DNA of 58,196 nucleotides, filler included, from Platydemus manokwari (Eukaryota): NCBI GenBank assembly GCA_037951405.1. It is 5 parts of 5 records of this genome, joined end to end, with 100 filler letters (N's around TTAATTAATTAA, not from the genome) between each part and the next. Parts side by side here need not be neighbours in the genome. Positions count along the whole stretch, not along the records: positions 11,029 to 23,375 come from JBBMOY010176674.1; positions 23,476 to 34,121 come from JBBMOY011116997.1; 3 more parts are not named here. One strand, 5' to 3'. Shown piece by piece: positions 14,070 to 23,589 of this stretch (position 1 is its first letter; each line of letters starts with the position of its first letter). The notes under the pieces were generated by a model. It saw only the letters and a program-made list of their open reading frames with translations, ran no database searches and was not told where the DNA came from. The position numbers and the translations under genes were made by a program.

Positions 14070-14432
14070 TCATATTTTATTAAAAAAGTCATTTCGTCTT
14101 TTCTGCATATCAATTCTTCTAGAAGATTCCATCACTCGTCGTTGTTGATTTCTCAATGATTGATTTTCTTCATCATATTTATGAAATAGTGATGTCATTC
14201 TTTGATTTTCTGTTTCAGTTTTAAATGTTTTGTGAAAATTGTGTATGCGAGGTGTAATCGATTGTCGAGGTCGATTACGTGATTCAAATATATTCCAATT
14301 TTCTATTTGTGATCTAGTAATGGTCTTTGATTGAGTAGATGCCTGATGAGCGAGATCTTCAAATTTTTGAACAAAATTAGCAACTTTAGGAAACCCATTA
14401 TTGATTCGATTGACTTTATTGTCTTGATTCAT
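14070..14432 (-). CDS. Hypothetical 120-aa hydrophilic protein (single exon or terminal exon)
   Basis: A long open frame for this base composition, ATG at 14432 (MNQDNKV...KVANFVQKFEDL...RRNDFFNKI*), with a charged, helical-looking C-terminus. No family recognised. Confidence 0.45.
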   Translation of the reverse strand: MNQDNKVNRINNGFPKVANFVQKFEDLAHQASTQSKTITRSQIENWNIFESRNRPRQSITPRIHNFHKTFKTETENQRMTSLFHKYDEENQSLRNQQRRVMESSRRIDMQKRRNDFFNKI

Positions 14433-15323
14433 GATTATTGTGAGATGAATTATGCTTTCTCTAAGATTTCTTAAATAGTTGTGATTACGCAATAATTACA
14501 TGGATTTATTAAAATGGAAAATCTTTTAATTTGTGGTAATTAAGGAATTAAAATTACCGATTTATTAATTACAACTTAATCACAATTAATCACTTGTTCT
14601 ATTACCTCTGGGTTTCGTTTTTAAATTGTAAAATATCATTTGAGATACAAATAATTGAATATTTTAATTAAAAATATTTTCTGGTATTTATATTGAGTTG
14701 GTGATATCGAAAAGTTTTTGAAAGCTTAAACCGATATATCGATACGATAAAGATTCAGAAATCATACAGAATTTGGTTGAATTGATTCTGATTTTCAAGA
14801 TCAGGATATTTTATCACGTTACGGGATATGAAGCAAACTACTTCCAAAAAAAGATTTTTGGAATAAGAGTAATAAGTTTGCATTCAATTAAAACAATAAA
14901 CGTGAATTTAGCGAAAAATTATCATTGTGTTTTATACATTTTAAATAACGTTTTAAATTTCGATAATATTATTTTGAATCTGATTGGCTTTCACGAATTT
15001 TTAATAAAAATAAAATAATATTACTAAAATCGATTTATCAGATATTACAGATTCTTTAAACCAAGATTGTAAAATGTTAATGAAAGACGGTAATAAAAAG
15101 CTCAATTAAGAACGTTATCATAAAATTACTATTGATAATAAATCAAGTTAAGTTTCATTAAGAAAAAATTTATATTTATTTTGACTTTAATGATGTTTTA
15201 TGAGAAATTTAACAAAAATATTTACTGTAAATATCAATAACAACTATGAATACAAATTATTTGTAAAATTAGAAAACAATGAGAATAATATGCGAAATGT
15301 TTATTTTTCAAATTTCCGTCACG

Positions 15324-15680
15324 TCAACCCACGTAAACATTTCTGCATTGAATCAAACATCTTCTGACGTTGTTTCGACATATACGTACACATCTACCAG
15401 TTATCCTATTACATCGTCGTATACAAACAGTTCTGATTATTCGGCACACTCTCACACAACGACGAATGACAGATTTACACCGTATAAAGCATCGTCTCGC
15501 TCCCACCGTACATCTGCGTATACATTGACCAGTTCTGATATTGCAATGTCTTCTGCAAACAATAACACCGGCGCGGCACACTCTCACACAATGTCGATTG
15601 ACAGACCACGCGTCGGTTGCAACAAAAATGATTGCAAACACCAGCAGAAACAAGTATTTCTTAATTATTAAATAATTCAC
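15324..15680 (-). CDS. Secreted Arg/Cys-rich repeat peptide (8 x CxxxC-x6); start codon unresolved
   Basis: Signal-peptide-like KKYLFLLVFAIIFVATDA, then 16 Cys in strict 11-residue register, 25 Arg plus 1 Lys and no Asp/Glu. AATAAA lies about 20 nt after the stop. There is no in-frame ATG; the ORF begins at GTG with a TAA just upstream. Confidence 0.75.
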   Translation of the reverse strand: MNYLIIKKYLFLLVFAIIFVATDAWSVNRHCVRVCRAGVIVCRRHCNIRTGQCIRRCTVGARRCFIRCKSVIRRCVRVCRIIRTVCIRRCNRITGRCVRICRNNVRRCLIQCRNVYVG

Positions 15681-16327
15681 AATTATTTATAAATTTATAT
15701 AATCATTAATATTGAGACAGCAATCAAATGATCATAAAATTAGTATGTATTACTTATAAACAATTTAAAGTGATGAAAAGTTTATAATGATAATTCTCAC
15801 ATCTACCGAAATAATAATTATGATAATATACCAATGAAAATAATCAAAGCATCAATTAATATTTATAATAAAGAAGGTCAAACCATTTGAATCATCTCTT
15901 CTATTTGGTGGTAATGTTAAAATATAAATTAATTTAATCTTTTATTTATATGATTAACTATTGTGAAAATGACCAGCATATTTTACCGATTAGGTCTTTT
16001 AAATCAACAAAATATATTTAGATTTGAATTTGTTTACTCAAACGGTAGCAATTAAATTGTTTTGGTCTATCATTGAGAAATGGCAAACCAGTATTTTTTC
16101 AACTCTTATCCGACACGCAAATATTATCAATTAATTTAATTTTAAATTAGAATAGATCCGGTATGAATTATTAATTCAGTTCCGATATCCCTCTCAAATT
16201 ATTCAACAAATCTTAAATTAAAAGAAAATATTTTCATTGGTATAGTTAATTCGTCATTGTTAATTGAAAATCAGGAACATTAATGGAATCAATGAGAATT
16301 TGAATATTTTTTGAATAGAAAGGAGTA

Positions 16328-16388
16328 TGTTAAAGATTGGCGGGGTTTTATATAATAATAATATGTTCAAATTTTAAATGCTCATTTA
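16328..16388 (-). repeat. Truncated 3' LTR stub
   Basis: About 60 bp similar to 21310-21371; the similarity then stops abruptly. Confidence 0.8.
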
Positions 16389-16789
16389 CTTTATCAATAT
16401 AATCGTTTCGGAAATGTTTTACATAGTGGCTTGGTGAGATTCGGGAATTTATAATCACTTTGCCATGATAGTCGAGGACAGCAAGGATAGCGATGGTTGG
16501 TGTAATCACGCTGCTTGTGAGATTTCTTGCAGTACCCACCGTCAGGGTGGCAATAAATAGTGTCTTCTTTCTGAGTTCGTCCTTCTCGAGCACTTGGCGG
16601 GTGAAGGGCAGATATCGATTGATAAACTCATCTGTTACATTGTAACAATATTCAGGAACAGATGATGTTTAAAACATCGTTGAATCCTAGTTCCAATATT
16701 AGAGTCGTAGGGAGTTGTTGAAATTCGATTTGTCCATAAGAGATGCTAGTATCGCATTGATTTATCTCCAGTACCTTATTCAGATCCAT

Positions 16790-19250
16790 TCGAGATCCAT
16801 TGCGACAATTTCAATGGGAGTAGTAGGAATAGCCATAAGTCTTAAAGGGGCTCGGCATTTGTTGCCTGTATTCCTGCGAGTCTGGCATATCTTGCATGAT
16901 ACGCACCACTCTCTGACATCATTCTTCATATTTCTTCATATATATATTTTTATTGAAGGCGGGACACGGTCTTTTTGGCTGAAAGATGTCTGCCTAGTGT
17001 TCCTTCGTGGTACTATAGGATAAGCGTTTCTTGGAGTACCTTAGACACGATGATAAAGTTCCTGTCGCCTTCTTCTATTTTCAACAGCTTTTTATCAAAC
17101 ACCATTTTCTCTTGGTGCTTTTTTATAAACTTTGTGCATGATTGCTCTGCGGACAAATGAATAATCCCATTAGTTTCCAACTCCGGGGGAATGTTATCCT
17201 ATTGTAATAAATAGCCCTGAATTTCTTCGTCTTCCTTTTGTAACTTGCTCACTTGAGTCAGTGTGTGGACCACTGCAAAAACGTTTTCTGTATCTATTTT
17301 CTATGTGTCCGGTTCGGCACGTGAGAGAGCATCGGCGTTTCCATTCGCTTTTCCCTTCCCGTAACATATCTTGGCATTGTATTGTTGTAGTTTGAAAGCC
17401 CAGCGGATGAGCCTAGACACGGTGTTGCGATGCAGTAGCAACCACTGAAAAGGTTGGTGGTCAGTGAGTTCATGTATCTAGTTACCATAAATGAAAGTTC
17501 GAAACCTTTCTACAGCATATACGATGCCCAATACCTCTAATTCGATGACTGCTTAGTTTCGTTCATGACTTTTTAATCCGTGACTGACATATGCGATGGC
17601 ATATTCATTTCCATCATTGTCATTCTGTCCCAGAGCTGCACCAATGGAGTAACCTCTTGCATCCGTCATAATGATGAAGGGTTTGCTAAAGTCTGGGTGA
17701 ATAAGAATTGGTTCGGCGATCAATGATTACTTTAGAGAGTGGAAAGCCTTATCCGGTGCTTCCCCCATTGAAATAATTTATTCTTTTGCAGTAGCTCAGT
17801 CAATAGCTGTGCGATGGCAGCGCAATTTCGGATAAAATTTCGATAATAACTCACTAATCCTTGCACATGTTTGACTGTCCGAGGTTGAGGGTATTGTTCT
17901 ACCTTGGTGATATAAACGTGGTCAGGCTTCACTTCTTGTTCAGACAATACATATGGCCTAAATATTTGATTTCTTTTCGTGCCCATTCGCATTTGGTAGG
18001 TTTCAACTTTACTTGTGAGACGATTACTTTTTTCAATACCTCTTCTATATCTCGTTCGTGCTCCTCATAACCATTTGAGTCATCTATATATACCATTGCG
18101 TGATGGATGTCCATTAACATTAGATTAATGGCCCTTTGAAATGTGGCCGGAGCACCAGTTAATCCGAATGGCATAACTGTGTATTCATATAGACCCTTGC
18201 CATCGGTAAAGGCTGTGATAAGTATTGAATCTCCACGAACTGTTTTGACCATTGGATCTATTAGAGGTAAGGGATAATTATCCTTCCGTGTTTGTTCATT
18301 AACTTTTCGATAATTGATGCACATGCGCATCGTTCCCTCTTTTTTCTTCACCATAACAATCGGCGACCTCCAGGGAGAGTTGCTTTTACTCGAGTAATTC
18401 GTCAACTTGCTTTTGCACTTCTGCTTCCATTGCAATCGGTGTGCGGTATGCTCGTTGGCATATCGGATAAGGGTTGAGTAATTCAATCCTATGTTCCATG
18501 AGATTATATTTTCCTAGGTCATGCTCGTGCTTCGCGAAAGCTTTTTATTAATAATTGAGAAGCTTCGTGAGCTGCGTATATTGTCGTGGAGTGATATCCG
18601 AGCTATGGATTTCGAGTACTTTTTGACTGGGTTCTCTTGTGTTTCTATGATAAATTCAGTTACTGCTCCTAGCTTAGTGTGGGGATACAGTTTTATCGGC
18701 TTTGATGATGTATTTGCTATTTGTATTGGAATTTTTCCCTTTTGTACTGAGTGACATGGATGTCTTTTCCATGAAACCGACACTGGGTCCGAATAATACT
18801 TCCTCAGTATTATCACGGCTGGTTTGACGAAAACAAACGGTTTTGGTTCGAGGTGGGATTGTGATTTCTTCCCCAATATAAACTTCATTCCCACGTTCGT
18901 GTTTATCCATAATGAGTTTGACCAAGGTTCCGGTTGTACACTCATAAACAATGCCTTTTAATTGTCTGAGGACATCTTTTCCTATTACGCAGTCGTATGG
19001 GCAGAAAATAGATACTGTGACAGAGACTTTGACTTTGAGGGTTTGATCTCATATTTTCACCTTGCACCTTATTGCCCCGAGTAATGGTAAAGAGCTTCTA
19101 TTGATTCCTGTAATAGTGATATCCATTTTCTCGATGGCTTATAATTCATTCATATTAAGCACCTTTGGGTGGGTAATGGTTAAGTCAGCTCCGGTATGGA
19201 TTAATGCCATGACGGTGTGTCGATTAAGTTTCATCGGAACTAATTTGTGA
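16790..19250 (-). pseudogene. pol: Gypsy pol remnants (protease, dUTPase-like spacer, RT, RNase H, integrase N-terminus)
   Basis: Protease ALIHTGADLTI (DTGA decayed). RT SPWRSPIVMVKKKEGTMRMCINYRKVN, MPFGLTGAPATFQR and VYIDD. RNase H HPDFSKPFIIMTDARGYSIGAAL. Integrase VREWCVSCKICQ...PIEIVAMD, after which the core is deleted. Confidence 0.93.
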
Positions 19251-19669
19251 GAATTTCTGACATATCTCATCATGTAATGATATTTTGTGTATCCCAATAG
19301 GTTTTGTCGATGTAAGGCGGCCTCATCAGTATTTGATGGGTATTCCTCTTGGTGTCGTTGCAGTGCCTCGATTGGGTAAAAAGGAGTTTCAGGCTCCTTT
19401 GGGGGTACAGACTCTTTGCCCCTAGAGCTTGTCCTTTGAATACTTACCTTAGGTTTCTTCATTGGTTTCCTCATGACCTTTATGTCCGAGTTGAATCCTG
19501 AGTCATCGTCTGAATTATTTGGAGGGGTTGGCGGTCTCCTTGTTGTATAATAAAGTTTATTTCCCCATTGTGGAGGAGGCTGTCTGACAAGTTGATGCCT
19601 GTCCTCAAGTAATTGCATTACCAGTTTCGCCTCGGTTCCATATTTTTGTGCATTTCCTGGTTGACTATC

Positions 19670-20800
19670 ATTGGACAAATTCCAAATAGTAGTTTTGTGG
19701 AACATCCGAAAACTTCTTACAAATGATAAGTAGTCATTATTTGATGTAATACTGTTTTAATTATCACAAATATGACGTAAATGCCTCTACATCCCTCAAC
19801 AAAAGTTCCGAATGCAGCGAATCGTCCCCATATCTGTTGTGCCACATTTTCTGCTGCTTTCTTAAAGTGATCCATTGTAAAGAGGTTATCGTAATTCGGA
19901 ACTGTACCTCTATTTTGGTAGATATATCAAATAATTTCGGAAATTCCTCTGTCTCTCAATATAGGGAAAACTAATGCTCGCCTTGCTTCTTCAATATCTT
20001 GTGCCATGTATATCCCACTTTGCTCCATGTCATCAATAGGATGGAATTCTACTTTTCTCCGATTATTTGTAAATTGAGTATCTCCACAGGATCCGTTGGT
20101 GGTCTCCTATCTGGTATTGTTATCCATTGATTATCCATTTTGTATAATGAGGATATCAAAGGGTTACATTCCACCGGTTGGGCAATGACTCTTCTTTGAG
20201 CAACACATGGGATATTGGATGTATTTATCATTTGTGCTCTTTGTATGAGACAGTTAATTCTCGTGTACATTCAGTAGTTTTGACAATAGTAACCTGCACT
20301 ACTGCACATTCATATGTGTACCATGCTACCCGGCTAATGCGATCGTATCTGTCCATTTTTCACGATGATGGGTGTAATTGAGATACAATCCTTTGTAGTT
20401 GGTCTCGTACATAAGGACCACACATTTGTCTAGAGATGTCCCTTTTATAAGTCGTATGGCATCCCCTTGTGAGCAGCTATGAGTACAGTGGAAGTAATTT
20501 TTTTTCCGTATGATTTCCTCTTCTGTGTTTTCCGTCTAACCGATTTCTGGTAGTTGGCTTACTTTCCCAGGTAGTCCTGTTTATTGAGTTGAAATTGATG
20601 CGTTTCAATAATGTAACTCCGCAGTAACTTTGTTTTGCCTTGTATACTAAGTCTGCGCCGTCGACTTGGCAGCTGTTGTGCATCGAACTACACTTGGGAT
20701 ATTGAGTCATATCCCCACTATTGATATCAAATTTGCCCTCGTATTGGGTTAATTCAACTGTATAATCTTCAATGTCTACAATGTATCCGTTGGGCAATTA
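19670..20800 (-). pseudogene. env: Chuvirus-like / gB-type (class III) envelope glycoprotein remnant
   Basis: Pieced across frameshifts: YTVELTQYEGKFD..KCSSMHNSCQ; KC..LMYETNYKGLYL; VQVTIVKTTECTRELTVSYK..IHPISHVLL; PVECNPLISSLYKMDNQW; SGIYMAQDIEEARRALVFP; IWGRFAAFGTFVEGCRGIYVIFVIIK; TYHL*EVFGCSTKLLFGICP. Motif order and spacing match my recollection of chuviral-type glycoproteins. Confidence 0.78.
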
Positions 20801-20811
20801 GTTCTATCTCA

Positions 20812-21212
20812 ATAGGCTCGCTAAGTGAGCAATATTAACTGATAGGTAAACTCTCCGACATGTTCACCTTGCATTTGCCTCCTATTTTTGAATCGCTGCC
20901 TGAACAGATGTCCGGTATCTGCTGGCAATATGGTCCTCCCAAACGCATTTTTGAATTCCGCCCAAGTTTTCGGAGGTGCTCCTACACTCATTACGCAAGT
21001 AAAACGTTCTCGGGCCATGCCTGTTAAAAAAATCGGTAGTCGTTTTATCATTTTTTCTTAGTTCATACCGTGAGCGTCTGAAAGTTGAAAATAATCGACC
21101 ATAAACTCATGATAGAGGCCGGGTTCATCTTTACTGGTATTAAGACAAATGAGCTATCCTTGTTAGGTACTATGTGCACTGTATGCGCGACTTTGTCAGT
21201 TTCAGTAGACAT
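20812..21212 (-). pseudogene. gag: Gypsy gag N-terminal/capsid remnant
   Basis: ATG at 21212, downstream of the PBS. RLPIFLTGMARERF...TWAEFKNAF...RRQMQGEHVGEFTYQLILL is a retrotransposon Gag capsid motif (Q-x2-GE-x-V-x-EF). Confidence 0.85.
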
Positions 21213-21289
21213 AGTTTATTAATACAATAATTTATAGAAATAATTTAATACAATAGTTTATTTCAAAACTAATCCCGAGCGATTTCAGA

Positions 21290-21307
21290 ATCACGTCAGG
21301 CTCACCA
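21290..21307 (-). promoter_or_regulatory. Primer binding site, tRNA-Trp type
   Basis: TGGTGAGCCTGACGTGAT begins 2 nt after the LTR's CA and matches the canonical tRNA-Trp PBS TGGTGACCCCGACGTGAT at 16 of 18 positions. Confidence 0.85.
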
Positions 21308-21309
21308 AA

Positions 21310-22372
21310 TGTTAAAGATTGTCGAAGTTTTTATATAATAATAATAGATTCAAATTTTAAATGCACAATTTGTAAAAAGATATAGATTAACGCGCGAAAC
21401 TTTATCAGAAGGATTTAAATAGAATTAATAATAGTTGCCCTAGATCTTCAACTTACCTGGACTCCAAACAGATAGTTGTCACTTTAATACTCGGGTGATG
21501 TAAAAAATTATTTAAAATATAAATGATAGTAAAATAAAATACAATTGAACAATGTAAAATAAGACAAAATAAAATATATAAATCAACAATAATCTGAACA
21601 CAATAGATTTTACAATATTCAAGACGGTATTCGTTATTGTGGGAGGAAAGAGTTGTGTAGTGAAGTAAAAAGTATAGGGCGTACCGTTTGGGTGCTCGGG
21701 TAAGCCTCTCGTGACAAAAAGTTGAAAATGGGAAACTTTTTAAGCAGGAACCTATATGATTTTAATAGACCTAAAGACTAAGACTAGCCTTGGGTCGGTA
21801 ATAAATAAAGCTGTGAAAAAATTACTTGTCGAATACATCATAAAATAAAATTCTTCAAATATGGAGGATAAAACTTTGCATACAATAAATTATAAGCTTC
21901 TTCAAATTCAGCGGCTTCAAATGATCATACAATAGCTTGAAATGTTCATACAATTTGCAGCTATACAATTTGTAGTGCGAGTATTGTCTGATTCTGCCAG
22001 TATACATACTTATTTGTGTCTGATTGTGAGACATACATCTTGTTGCTATTTTTGGCAACATTCTATGCTTAGTAGCATATGTTGCTGGTTATAGCATATG
22101 TGCAGCACAGGTTACTATTTTTAGTACAAGTGCCCATTTATAGCAACCAGTGTGATTATTTTTGTTTTACCTACGCCTTTGAATCTATTTTTAGATTTTA
22201 ATGTGATTTTTCCTAATGACCTTAGTGTAGATTAGTTTTGGTGCAGTAAAAAAAATTTAAAATGTTCAGGGATATTTTTGTATTTTTTGAAAAATCTTTA
22301 TATTATTATTTTTACTTATTTTATGTTCTAGTTGGGTCAAAATGGCTTGGTTAGTTCCTCTCAATATTAACA
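21310..22372 (-). repeat. 5' LTR, about 1.06 kb
   Basis: Bounded by TGTTAA...TTAACA. The extent is supported by colinear similarity to the inverted copy at about 41200-42100. Confidence 0.7.
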
Positions 22373-23168
22373 AAAACCCGTGACAGTGACTCAATAAAGC
22401 CGGTCAATCTACAAAAATATGTGGGGAACCTTCTTGGCCATTTCGACATAAAAAACAATTTAATTACTATAAATAATAAGAAAAAACAAATTTCAAAAAT
22501 TAATTAGTAGGTTTTATTTATTTTCTGAAAAATCTTAATAAACAAATGCTTTGTATAAATTTAGAAATATTTTGAAATTTATAATAAACAGTAGTAAGTA
22601 TAGTCAGACCTTGAACCCGATCCATAAATACCTTTGACATCATATTGAATAACACACATTTTTAATAAAATTAAAAAAAAATTAGTAAAACGAGAAAATT
22701 ACAAAAATTAAAAAAGCTAGAAAGTTAGAAAAACTAGAAAATTACAGAAACTAAAATACCATTAAATCAAAACCTTATAAAAAATTAAATGTTGAAAATA
22801 AATATACAAAAATACCAAATTTGTAAAACGACGTTTACAAACATTCAGGATCTAAGATCCCATGAAAAATGCAAAAAGCATATTACAAAATATAATGAAC
22901 AAAGTTCTGCAAACAATGAAAGAACTTGACCTGATAATAGAAATAAAATTCTGAAAGATATTTATTAAAAAATCCAAATATACTAAAAATATAATTCTTC
23001 ATATCTTAGAAGAATAAGAAAAAATGATAGAATTTTTAAACAAAAACTCGAATATTAAATTTCAAAAAGTAGTTAAAATATTATTATAAACTTTTAATTT
23101 TAATAAAAATGTAAATGATTACATTACAATACCGTTAAGTTCAGATCTAAACATTAAAAATAGGATAA

Positions 23169-23375
23169 GATCCAATTAATGAAGATCAATTATTAGAACT
23201 AATTAAAGATTTTCCTCAGAAATTAGATGATGATTTATTAAATTTAAAAGTTGATGATAGTATTATATTTGAATTAGGCGGCATAAAAATAAATATTTCA
23301 AAGATAAATGTATTATCGGGGAGTTATTATTTACCATTATCTTTTGTCTCTACGAACCTAATAATTGGTCAAAAT
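23169..23375 (+). mobile_element. Possible Polinton/Maverick-like protein fragment, cut by the linker
   Basis: Open frame ...KINISKINVLSGSYYLPLSFVSTNLIIGQN resembles the INI-x-K-x3-L-x-GSSY-x-LP...IIN-x-QN motif found N-terminal to protein-primed PolB in Polinton-like elements. Confidence 0.4.
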
Positions 23376-23475
23376 NNNNNNNNNNNNNNNNNNNNNNNNN
23401 NNNNNNNNNNNNNNNNNNNTTAATTAATTAANNNNNNNNNNNNNNNNNNNNNNNNNNNNNNNNNNNNNNNNNNNN
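23376..23475. other. Artificial contig linker
   Basis: N44-TTAATTAATTAA-N44. Confidence 0.95.
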
Positions 23476-23589
23476 CCGATCTATTGAATTTAAATTAAAC
23501 AGAATTTAACAGAATTTTTGAAATATAAAATTTTTTGAAATATATTAAAAATTATATAATAATATATTATGATATGTTATGATATTTGA

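Larger units (their letters stand above)
16328..22372 (-). mobile_element. Decayed, multiply deleted Ty3/Gypsy LTR retrotransposon: LTR-PBS-gag-env-PR-RT-RH-IN-(extra ORF)-LTR stub
   Basis: Matching LTR ends (tgttaaagattg..g..gtttt(t)atataataataata...tcaaattttaaatgc.ca.tt at 16328 and 21310), a PBS, gag, protease, RT YIDD, RNase H and the integrase Zn finger in Gypsy order. Many stops and frameshifts; no TSD found. Confidence 0.92.

Noticed and set aside
15279-15671. 130-aa Ser/Thr-rich plus-strand ORF
   Set aside because: It is the antisense shadow of the Cys/Arg peptide; the signal peptide, Cys register and polyA signal all favour the minus strand.
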